From an uncultured delta proteobacterium (GTDB lineage: Bacteria; Desulfobacterota; Binatia; DP-6): 64,000 nt of DNA. Each line of letters opens with the position of its first letter. Within the stretch, counting starts at the first letter, position 1. This document shows positions 30,785 through 40,200 of this stretch, piece after piece. The notes under the pieces are model-generated. The model was not told where the DNA came from. It saw nothing but the letters and a program-made list of their open reading frames with translations, and made no database searches. Position numbers and translations under genes: made by a program. The stretch lies in assembly GCA_963815115.1 (NCBI GenBank), contig CAWFFN010000005.1:1536001-1600000 (forward strand). The letters are read 5' to 3'.

Positions 30785-31957
30785 TCACAGGATGCGGGCC
30801 AGACGCGGGACGCGACGGATCACGTCGGACAGCGCGAAGGTCGAGCTCACCGCGAGCACGCAGAGGACGGGAAACCGGAGGAGCGGATCGACGGGTATCC
30901 GGGCGACGAGCGCGGTGCCGCAGACGACGGGGAACGGATGGATGATGTAGGCGGTATAGGCGCTGCGCGCCATCCGCCGGGCCAGCCCTCCCTGCGTTGC
31001 GAAGCGCTCGCGAAACAGCACCAGCAGCCAGAGGCTGATCGCGACGCAGAGCCAGGGCTCCCACATCGCGTAGGCCAGCGCGGGAAGGTTCCAGCCCCCG
31101 TTGACGGCGTCGGGGCCGCCCCCGAGGAAGACCGCGACCAGAAAGGCCAGGCTCGCGATCCGGGCCGCCCGTCCCCAGAACCGCACCTGCGCACGATCGA
31201 GCCGGGCGAGCCAGCCGTTGCCGTGCGCCCAGACGCCGAACACGAAGAACGCGACGTAGAGCGGGAAGTAGCCGAGCTGGAGACCGAGGATGCTCCATCC
31301 CGTGGGGAAGACGAGGCGCACGACGAAGGCGAGCCCGCCGATCGCCAGCACGAAGCCGAGGATCGTGAGGGTGTCGGGGAAGGGTCGCGTTCCGGTCCGC
31401 TCGCGCTCGCGCCCGGACGCGACGCGGAGCCCCGCATAGATCGACCCGAAGACGAGCAGGGCGAGCACGAACCAGAGAGGGCCGGTTCCTACCGTGCTCG
31501 GGTAGTCCTGGCCGACGAACGCGAGGGGGCCGTCCACGCTGCCCTGCAGGCGGGCGACCAGGAAGACGAGGAGCGGATTCAGGACGAAGAAGTAGACGAC
31601 GAGCGGGATGCCGAGACGCGCGAGCCGGTCGCGCAGAAAGGGCCAGGGCCCCTTGGCGTCGTAGGACGCGGGCGTGACGTAGCCGGAGATCGCGAAGAAG
31701 AGGCTCATGAAGAAGGCCTGGTTCACCGCGGTGAAGAGCGTGAGGGCCGCCGGTGCGGCACTGCCGGGCGGCGGCGGGAGCACGTAGTACCATCCGCCCG
31801 ACGCACCCAGGGCGACGGCGGAATGATGGCAGATCACGAGCCCGGTGAGGAAGGTGCGGAGGTTGTCGAGGTAGAGGAGGCGCTCGCGTGCGGGCGCCGG
31901 CGAGTCGTGCGGGGGACGGGCAGCGGTCGGTGTGGTCGCAGGCGCGCCCGCTATCAT
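30785..31957 (-). CDS. Membrane acyltransferase (Acyl_transf_3 / OpgC-like)
   Basis: RLLYLDNLR, HHSA, FFMSLFFAISG, GPLWF, AYIIH; about 10 TM segments. Confidence 0.92.
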   Translation of the reverse strand: MIAGAPATTPTAARPPHDSPAPARERLLYLDNLRTFLTGLVICHHSAVALGASGGWYYVLPPPPGSAAPAALTLFTAVNQAFFMSLFFAISGYVTPASYDAKGPWPFLRDRLARLGIPLVVYFFVLNPLLVFLVARLQGSVDGPLAFVGQDYPSTVGTGPLWFVLALLVFGSIYAGLRVASGRERERTGTRPFPDTLTILGFVLAIGGLAFVVRLVFPTGWSILGLQLGYFPLYVAFFVFGVWAHGNGWLARLDRAQVRFWGRAARIASLAFLVAVFLGGGPDAVNGGWNLPALAYAMWEPWLCVAISLWLLVLFRERFATQGGLARRMARSAYTAYIIHPFPVVCGTALVARIPVDPLLRFPVLCVLAVSSTFALSDVIRRVPRLARIL

Positions 31958-32097
31958 GCGAACACGTTGTCTTAGTGACTGGCTGCTGTCAATGTCTGAC
32001 GTGTCGCGGATGACACGGGCACGCAGGTTCCTGGCGTTCGGGGTACTTGCATGCGATCAAGCAAAGTGAAAGTCCTCTTGGTTTGACGGGGGGAACA

Positions 32098-33729
32098 GTG
32101 GGCATCGAAGAGCAGGCAGGAACGCCGAGGCGAACGCGCCAATCTGCACGTTCCAGAAGAATCGGGGGCTCGCTGGCGGTCCTCGGGATCGACATGGTCG
32201 CGTTTTCGCGGTTCCATGAGGACGATCAGCTGCAAGCGATCGCGCATCTCCTGCGCTGGGTTCAGGAAGCCCTCCTCCACTGGGGCATCAAGGAATCCGA
32301 ATACCGCTGGAGCGGCGCCGGTGACGGAGGATATCTCACGTTCGGTTCGCCGCGAAGTTGCGAGAAGGCGATCGACGTAGCGTTCTCGATCGCCCAGAAG
32401 ATTCGCGAACCGGAATGGACTCCCCGAGCGGGTGAACTTCTGCAGCTGCGCATGGCGCTGCACGCTGGCACCGTTCAGGAGGCCGAGGAACTCGGCCGGG
32501 GAACCAACATATGGGGCATGGGCATCAATACGGCTGCCCGCATCCTCACCGTGGCGCTCGAGGCTCAACTACTCGTGTCGCGGCAGTACCACGACACGTA
32601 TATCGCAAACCGGCGCCATGGCTTCGAGATCGGAACACCCTATCAACGGACCGTGAAGCACGGTGTCTATGTTGAGGTGATGAACATCAACTACCACGAC
32701 CTCTGCCTCAGCAACACGAAGGCGGACGCGTTGCGCTGGCAGGCTGTGGGCGGTCTGTGGGAACGGACGATGCGCGAGTACACCTATCTGGTCGCAGACA
32801 CCATGCAGTCGGACGAGCCCGCGGCCGCGCTCGCAGCGGCCAAGTTTCTCCTCCGGCTCGGCAACCACGACGAGGTTGCACGTCTGTGTCAGATGATCGG
32901 CGGCGGACCAGGCATCCCCGACGCGACCTATCCCAGGCGACAGCACTCGCTCTTCAGTGCCATGCCGGCGGAGACCCTTCAGGAGGTTCTCGAGCAGGCC
33001 ATGCCCCGGAAGTTCGAACGGGGGCAAGTGATCTGCCGCGAGGGCGAGGTGGCCCATAGCTGCTACGTGCCGATCGCGGGCACGATCGAGATCGAGTTGC
33101 CCGATCACCGTGTCATCCGGAGCGAGAAGGGGCAGCTCTTCGGCGAGTTCGGACTGTGGATCGAAGGGTTGCCGCGAACGGCCACCCTGCGCGCCATCGA
33201 GGGTACCCTGATGCTCGAGATCCACCACGATCGCTTTCGGAGCATCCTCAGAGATCGACCGGAGGTCCTGGCGGTGATCGAGGGGACAATCCGCGGTCGG
33301 ATCCTCGAGAACGTTCGTCGGTCGCCGAGGCTGTTTCCGGCAGTGCCGCCCAGCGCATCGATCCCGGCTTCCGTCGAACGATTCGTGGCGGGCACGGAGG
33401 TGCCCCTGACCGAGAACGCGTTCGTGCTCTTCTGCGGCGCCATGCGCGTGGGCGCCACGCGAGGTCGTCATCTCGACGTGGTCGCCAACGGCACATTCGC
33501 CGACCTGCCGGTAGTTGGGATCGTCTCGGTGGTCGAGTCCCCGGATGGCGATCGTGCCGTTGCTCTCCGGGACACGGTTGCCGTGAGGTTGGCGCGCACG
33601 ACGATCCAGGATCTTCAGACCAACTACCTCGAGGTCCGTCGCGCCTGGGACGGGATGTGTGGCGAGCGCATCGGAGACTTCAGGTGTCCTCCGGCGGCCC
33701 CTGTCGCCGCGCCTCCCCGCGACGAATAG
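32098..33729 (+). CDS. Class III nucleotidyl cyclase fused to tandem cyclic-nucleotide-binding domains
   Basis: IDMVAFS, AGDGG, LRMALHAG, GINTAARI, LLVS (cyclase); GQVICREGE, FGE...PRTAT (CNB); second, degenerate CNB; GTG start after GGGGGA. Confidence 0.85.
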   Translation: MGIEEQAGTPRRTRQSARSRRIGGSLAVLGIDMVAFSRFHEDDQLQAIAHLLRWVQEALLHWGIKESEYRWSGAGDGGYLTFGSPRSCEKAIDVAFSIAQKIREPEWTPRAGELLQLRMALHAGTVQEAEELGRGTNIWGMGINTAARILTVALEAQLLVSRQYHDTYIANRRHGFEIGTPYQRTVKHGVYVEVMNINYHDLCLSNTKADALRWQAVGGLWERTMREYTYLVADTMQSDEPAAALAAAKFLLRLGNHDEVARLCQMIGGGPGIPDATYPRRQHSLFSAMPAETLQEVLEQAMPRKFERGQVICREGEVAHSCYVPIAGTIEIELPDHRVIRSEKGQLFGEFGLWIEGLPRTATLRAIEGTLMLEIHHDRFRSILRDRPEVLAVIEGTIRGRILENVRRSPRLFPAVPPSASIPASVERFVAGTEVPLTENAFVLFCGAMRVGATRGRHLDVVANGTFADLPVVGIVSVVESPDGDRAVALRDTVAVRLARTTIQDLQTNYLEVRRAWDGMCGERIGDFRCPPAAPVAAPPRDE

Positions 33730-33767
33730 CGCGCGGGGGGGCCGTTTCCCGGCACGTCGATGGAGGA

Positions 33768-34580
33768 TCACCCACCAAGCGCACCCGCGCGGACGCGCCG
33801 GCCCACCAGGCGCGCCACGAGCTGCGCGAGGTGGCGCGCATTCTCGATGGCGTGCCCGTCCACGTCGTTGTTGAAATAGGCGAAGACGGCGACGTGCTCG
33901 GCAAGCCGGCCGGCGATCCAGGCCGCCCAGGGTGCCAGCGCAGCAGCGCTGTAGGAGCCGCCGTAGTGAATCCCGTGGAAGCGTATGTACGTATAGTCGG
34001 TGGTGACGATACGCGGGTGGTCGGAGATCATGTCGTGGATGCAGAGCGCCGCGTCGTGCCGGCGCAGCAGCGCATAGAGCTCGTCCCCGAGCCAGCGCGC
34101 GTCGCGCACCTCGACGACCCAGCGCATGTCGCGCGGCGCCGCCGCGAGGAAGCGATCGAGACGGGGAAGATCGGGCGCCCAGCGTGGCGGCAGCTGCACC
34201 AGGACGGGGCCCAGCTTTTGCCCGAGACGACGAGCCCGCCGCACGAAGCGACCGATCGTCTCGCGCGCGCCCAGGAGACGCTTCATGTGGGTCCCGAACC
34301 GGCTGAACTTCACCGCGAACGTGAACCCTGCCGGGACCTGGGTACGCCAGCGCGCGAACACGGGCGCCTCCGGGAGCCGATAGAAGGTGCCGTTCAGCTC
34401 GACGGTGTCGAAGTGCGCGGCGTAGTAGGAGAGCCAGGATCGTGCCGGCAACCGCACCGGATAGAATCGGCGCTTCCAGCTCGCGTAGACGTATCCGGAT
34501 GTCCCGATGCGCAGCTCTGGCCCCGAACGTCGCGATGTGGAGATCGTGGGCGGCGCCGTTGCTCGACCGGGCGGGAGCAT
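33768..34580 (-). CDS. DUF72 family protein
   Basis: RIGTSG, FDTVELNGTFY, GPVLVQLPP, YIRFHG, YFNND. Confidence 0.93.
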   Translation of the reverse strand: MLPPGRATAPPTISTSRRSGPELRIGTSGYVYASWKRRFYPVRLPARSWLSYYAAHFDTVELNGTFYRLPEAPVFARWRTQVPAGFTFAVKFSRFGTHMKRLLGARETIGRFVRRARRLGQKLGPVLVQLPPRWAPDLPRLDRFLAAAPRDMRWVVEVRDARWLGDELYALLRRHDAALCIHDMISDHPRIVTTDYTYIRFHGIHYGGSYSAAALAPWAAWIAGRLAEHVAVFAYFNNDVDGHAIENARHLAQLVARLVGRRVRAGALGG

Positions 34581-34620
34581 CCGTGCCCCAACCTAGCGAG
34601 CCTCCGGGCGGCCCGGAATC

Positions 34621-34905
34621 TCAAATCGCGCGAACGCGCCGGGCGATCTCGCCCTCGTACTCCGGGAAGTAGCGGGCGATCACCGACAGATCGAACGAGC
34701 GCAGGATCGCCTCCTTCGGCTCGCGCTCGAGCAGAAATTCGACCGAGCGGCGAACGAGGTCCTCACGCGCGACTGCACCCGCGAGCCGGCCGGCGTAGGC
34801 GGGATCGACGGTGACCATGTGGGTGGTGCTCGCACGGCCCTCGTGGATCGTCACCCGGAAGCGGTCCCCCTCGACGTGGTTCACCTCGATGCGCGCTGTC
34901 GACAT
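34621..34905 (-). CDS. Small conserved-looking hypothetical protein
   Basis: 94 aa, FLLEREPKEAILRSFDLSVIARYFPEYE; tightly spaced in a co-oriented run. Confidence 0.8.
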   Translation of the reverse strand: MSTARIEVNHVEGDRFRVTIHEGRASTTHMVTVDPAYAGRLAGAVAREDLVRRSVEFLLEREPKEAILRSFDLSVIARYFPEYEGEIARRVRAI

Positions 34906-34923
34906 GGCGGCGTCAGGCCAGGG

Positions 34924-36297
34924 TCAGGCCGCGACGCCGACGGCGTTCTTGCCCGCGAACTTGACGCGGTAGAGAGCGCGGTCGGCGGCGCGGAAGAGGT
35001 CGGCTGGATTCGGGGCGTCGTCCGGGAACGTCGCGACTCCGATGCTCGCGGTGAGTATCGAGATGTCGATCTCCATCCCGTCCGGCCGCGTGCAGGCCTC
35101 GATGGCGGCGCGGATACGCTCGGCGACCTCGGCCGCCACGGCGCGGGGCGTCGCCGGCAGGACGACGACGAACTCGTCACCGCCGAAGCGCGCGGCCATG
35201 TCGCCGGGGCGGATGCACTCGGAGATCAACCGCCCGACCGTCGCGATCGCGCGGCTTCCGACGAGATGGCCGTAGCTGTCGACGATGCTCTTGAGCTCGT
35301 CGAGATCGAGCATGAGAAGCGACACCGGACCGCCGTGCCCGAGCGTGGCGGTGAGGACGGCGTTGAAGCGCCGCGTGTTGCCGAGCCCGGTGAGATCGTC
35401 GGTGAGCGACGCGATCTCGACCTGGTGGTAGAGCTGGGCGTGCGCGATGGCGATCGCAGCCTGGCTCGCGAGCGACTCCACGAGTCGGACCTCGTCGGGA
35501 CTGAAGCGAGCCCCGCCGACCTTGTTGATGACCTGGATCACGCCGAGAAGCGCGCCGCGATGGATGAGCGGGATGCAGATCATGGTGCGCGCGACGAGGC
35601 CCGTCCGCCGGCCGAGCGTCGGATCGTGACGCGGATCGGCCGCGACGTCGTCGACGATCACAGTCTCGCGGTGGCTCGCCACCCAGCCGGCAATGCCCTG
35701 CCCCTTGCGCAGCCGGACACCGTCGACGACGCCCGGACGGAGCATGCGCGACGACGAGAACACGAGCTCCCGACCCTCCTCGTCGTGCAGCATGAGGAGG
35801 CTCGTGTGGCTCGGCACGGCGGCTGCGATCCGAGCGAAGGCGGCCTGGAGAGCGTCGGCGTCGTGCGCGATGGTCCCGGGATCGAGCGTCGCCGAGAGCT
35901 CGCCAGCAACCCCTTCGGCGCGCGCGCGATCGGCGTCGTCGAACGGTAGGCCATCCCAACGCTCCCGGAGCTCGAGCAGGCCCAGTGAGCGGTCGTCGCG
36001 CCGCATCGCGACCGCCAGGCGGGCGGGATCGTGGCCTGGGTCGCCCACCGAGGCCGCGGCGGGTCGGCCCACCAGTGTCTGCTCGCAGAGCGTCTCGCTC
36101 GCGGCGAAGACGAGCTCCTCGCGCTCGGGATCGAAGAGGAGGAGCGAGAGTGCCTCGGGAGTCGTCACGCTCTTGATCGCCTCGAGTACCGTGCGAACCA
36201 GCTCGCCCAGGTCGAGGGTCGCGGTCATCGCCCGCAGGCTCGCGTGAAGCTTCTCGAGCTCTCGAAGCCGATCGGCGAGCCCACCATCGCTGGCCAT
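34924..36297 (-). CDS. GAF-GGDEF diguanylate cyclase
   Basis: GQGIAGWV...CIPL...GVIQVIN (GAF); TDDLTGL, RPGD I-site, RFGGDEF, ADRALY. Confidence 0.95.
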   Translation of the reverse strand: MASDGGLADRLRELEKLHASLRAMTATLDLGELVRTVLEAIKSVTTPEALSLLLFDPEREELVFAASETLCEQTLVGRPAAASVGDPGHDPARLAVAMRRDDRSLGLLELRERWDGLPFDDADRARAEGVAGELSATLDPGTIAHDADALQAAFARIAAAVPSHTSLLMLHDEEGRELVFSSSRMLRPGVVDGVRLRKGQGIAGWVASHRETVIVDDVAADPRHDPTLGRRTGLVARTMICIPLIHRGALLGVIQVINKVGGARFSPDEVRLVESLASQAAIAIAHAQLYHQVEIASLTDDLTGLGNTRRFNAVLTATLGHGGPVSLLMLDLDELKSIVDSYGHLVGSRAIATVGRLISECIRPGDMAARFGGDEFVVVLPATPRAVAAEVAERIRAAIEACTRPDGMEIDISILTASIGVATFPDDAPNPADLFRAADRALYRVKFAGKNAVGVAA

Positions 36298-37195
36298 GGC
36301 GGGAACCTATAGCCGGGCGCGGGCGGCCTGGCGACACCTGCGGACCGGACCGCGGGGTGGGGCAAACTCCCCATCCTGCGCGATTCCACCCGCGACCATC
36401 GCCGCGCGCGCCGCCTCCGCCTCACCTGCGTGCCGGCACAGCTCTTGGAGCGGTGTTCCGGCCGCGGCCTGCGACGACCACAACGCCTGTACCGTGAACG
36501 ACGGCCTGGTGACGAAGGGTGCCTGCACGTGTGCTCCGAAGGCCGTGAGCTGCGTCCAGGACGCGAACCCCTGCACGGCCGAGGTCTGCAACCCCGCCAC
36601 CGGCACCTGCGACAGCGTGCCGACGAACGAAGCACGGCCCTGCTACGACGCGGCCTCGTGCACCCGGCACAACGGCACGTGCCAGACGGGCGCCTGCACC
36701 GGGGGCGCACCGGTCGCGTGTCCCACGCTCGATCAGTGCCACCAGCCCGGACAGTGCGATCCCGCGACCGGGGCCTGCGTCAACATGCCGATGCCGGACG
36801 GCACGACCTGCGAGGACGGCAACCCCTGCACTGCCGCCGATCGCTGCACGACGGGCTCGTGCGTTCCGGGGACTCCGTACGCCTGCGACGACGCCGATGT
36901 CTGTACGGCCGATGCGTGCGACGGCGCGGGCGGCTGTCGCCACACGCCGATCGACCGCTGCGGAATCTGCTTCCCGGACGACTGCACGACGTGCCAGGCC
37001 GGGTGCACGTGCGCCGACATCTGCTGGCGGTCGCTCATGGCCTGCCTCGATCACTGCACGCTCACGTACTGCGCCCCGTTCTGTGTCCAGAGCTACGGCC
37101 AGTGTGGCGGCGCGAACTGTCCTCAGGTGGAAGCCGCCTGTCGCAGCGGATGCGCGTCGCAGAACGGCTGTGCGGACGACTGCACCTCCCCGTGA
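36296..37195 (+). CDS. Cys-rich repeat protein (CDDGNPCTxD-type repeats), possibly an N-truncated fragment
   Basis: CDDHNACT, CVQDANPCT, CEDGNPCTAAD, CDDADVCTAD; no signal peptide; start overlaps the divergent gene. Confidence 0.7.
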   Translation: MAGTYSRARAAWRHLRTGPRGGANSPSCAIPPATIAARAASASPACRHSSWSGVPAAACDDHNACTVNDGLVTKGACTCAPKAVSCVQDANPCTAEVCNPATGTCDSVPTNEARPCYDAASCTRHNGTCQTGACTGGAPVACPTLDQCHQPGQCDPATGACVNMPMPDGTTCEDGNPCTAADRCTTGSCVPGTPYACDDADVCTADACDGAGGCRHTPIDRCGICFPDDCTTCQAGCTCADICWRSLMACLDHCTLTYCAPFCVQSYGQCGGANCPQVEAACRSGCASQNGCADDCTSP

Positions 37196-37210
37196 CCCGG
37201 GAGGCTCCCG

Positions 37211-40200
37211 TCAGGGAAACACGATCCGGTGTCCGACGCGCCGGAGCTGGACGGTGCTGGAGGCGCAGCTCCCGCCCACGCGGACCGTGAGCGCGAGGCT
37301 GTTGCCCATGAGCTGCGTGGCGTCGAAGTGCGGGCTCGAGATCGTGATGCCCGCTCCGGTGCGACGCTGACTCAGGCGCGTGTCGATGATCGGCGGACAG
37401 ATCCGCCCCAGCTTGTCCCAGAATCCGAAGGTCTTCTTGAACAGCCGCTGCCAGTGGTTCTGGGCGATCGTGCAGCAGACGGCGGTGTCGGAGCCGTCGG
37501 CGAAGAGGAGCGACACGTCCTGCTGGCGCGGGTCGGCGCTCGAGAAGCCGGCGCCTCCGAGCGTTCCGATGACCCGGAGCCTCGCATCATGGGCATTCCC
37601 GTGCCGCGGAGTGATGCGCACGCTCGTGACGTCGAACGTTCCGGTCTCGGTGCAGCAGTCCGGATCGGCGTGATCGACCAGCCCATCGCCGTCGTCGTCG
37701 ACGCAGTTGTCACAGATCTCGTTGCCGCCGGTCGTCGTGGTGGTGGTCGTCACCGGCGTGCTCGTGGTGCTGGCGACCGTGGTGGTCGTGGCGACGGTGG
37801 TCGTCGTGGGCGCAGGAGTGACGTCGGTGGTGACGCTGCTGGTGTTCTGGTCCGGATTGGGATCCGGGATCGGGCTCGAGATGGTCGCCGTGTTGGTCAC
37901 CGTGCCGCCTCCGGCCACCACGGTATAGGTGACGGTGACGGTGACCTGCGCCCCGGGGCGCAGGCTGCCCAGGTTGCAGGGGAAGCCGCCGGCGCACGGG
38001 TCGCTCACGACGGGCGAGGCCAGACCGGCGGGTGTCGGATCGGTCACGACCACGTCGGTCGCGGTCGACGGTCCGAGATTCCCCGCTACCAGCGTGTAGG
38101 TGACGGTCGTCCCGGATGCCGCGCTGGCCGGTCCCGTCTTTTGAATCTCGAGGTTGGCCTGGAGCGTCACGTTCGTCGTGTCGGTGGCCGTGTTGTTGGC
38201 GCAATTGGGGTCGACGACGAGGGAAGGCGCGCATGTACCCGGGCATGTGGGGGGAGGAGGGGGAACGAGGTCCGAAGGAGGCGGGCACACCGTCGCGGTA
38301 TTGGCGACCGAAGCGGCGACGTCGGGTGAGAGTGTGCCGCTCGCGCTGAACACTGCCGAGCCGCCGGCTGACAGATCGACGAGGGCGTCGATCGTCCCGG
38401 AGCCTTGCGTCGACCGGCAGACGGCGCCCGGAGACGCGACGCAGGTCCATGTGACGGCGGTCAGCTCGATCGGGAACGTGTCGTGCACCGGAGCGCCGAT
38501 GACCGGGCTGGGACCCGCGTTCGCGACCGTGATCGTGTACGTGACCACCTGCCCGGCGAAGGCGGTCTCGAGGCCGTCGGTCTTGGTGATCGAGAGGTCT
38601 GCGACCAGGCCGGCATCCCCGGAAGCGGATGCGGTGTTGTGCGCCGGATCGGGGTCGGGATCCGCAGGCTGCTGCGACGTCTTCGTGGCGGTGTTCACGA
38701 AATGACCGGGCTGGTTGATCGTGCCGGTCAGTATCAGCACGGCCGACTGCGACGGGGCGAGCGATGGCACGGTCCAGACACCAGTGCCGGCGTCGGGGTC
38801 GGGCGTGAACGCCGGCGGCGGCGGGACCGACGAGGTCAAGGTGAACGCGGGCGGCAGGACGTCGTTCACGACGATGTCGGTCGCGGTGTCCGGACCCAGA
38901 TTGTTGAGCGTCACGACGAACGTGACCGACTCGCCGACCGCGGGCATCGAGTTGCTGACCGACTTTGCCACCGACACCGAAGCGGTACCCGCCCCGTTCA
39001 CGACGGCGCGGGCCGCGTCGTTCGCGGGATTGGGATCCGGCTCCGTCTGCGCGGTCTTGCGGGCGTTGTTGAACAACGGGCCGGAGGCGTTGACCTGCGC
39101 GGCGATCGTCAGCGTTGCGGACGCCCCGGCGGCGATGGCGTCGGCCGCCCACTCACCCGTCGCCGGGTCGTAGGTTCCCTGCGAAGGCGTGGCGGACTGG
39201 AAGGCGAGACCCGCCGGCAGGAGGTCGGTGACGACCACGCCGGTGGCGTTGCCCGGCCCGAAGTTGGTCGCCGTCACCGTGAAGGTGACGATGCTGTTGA
39301 CGGCGGGGCTCGGATTGTCGACCGTCTTGAGAAGCCCGACGTCGGCCGGCGGCGTCGTTGGGTTGAGGGTGGCGGTGCCCGAGTCGTTGCTGGTGTTCGG
39401 ATCGGGCTCGTTGCCCGCCGTCTTGGTGGCGACGTTCGTGATGGCGCCCGATTGCGCGACCTGGGCCACCAGCGCGAGCTGGGTACTGGCGCCGTTGGCG
39501 AGCGTGCCCACCGTCCACGTGCCCTGGCTGGCGATATAGGTGCCCTGCGACGGCGAGAAGCTCACGAGGTTGAGCCCCGCGGGCAGGACGTCGGTGATCA
39601 CGACGCCGGTCGCCTGGTTGGGTCCGTTGTTGGTCGCGGTCACGGTGAAGGTCACCGTGTCGCCGACCGTGGCGGTCGCCGGGCTGACGGTCTTGGTCAC
39701 GGCGATGTCGGCCGCGGTGTCGAGCGGGGTCTCGGCGGTCGACGTGTTGTTGGAGGGGTCCGGGTCCGGCGTCGCGCTCGTGACGACCGCCGTATCTACT
39801 ATCGGGTCGGGTGTCACGTAGCTGAGGGGAACGGCGAACGTCACGGTAATGGTACGCGGTACGCGATCCGGAGGAATATCGCCGATGATACACGGGAGCG
39901 TGCTGCATGCGCCGCTCACCGAGACGAAGGTGACGCCGTTCGAGATGGTGTCCGTCACTCCGACTGCGGCCGCGGTCGACGGCCCCAGGTTCGTCACCTC
40001 GAGCGTGTAGACGAGATCGTTCCCCGGCACGATCACGGGCGGTCCGGTCTTCCTGATGGAGAGGTCCGCCATGGGCGTGATCGTGTCGGTGTCGGTGGCC
40101 TCGCTGGGTGTGGGATCCACGACCGTGGGCGGGTTCTGCGCCGTGACGTGATTGACGAGCTGTCCGGTGGCGGCGGGGTCGACCGTGCCCTTCAGGGTGA

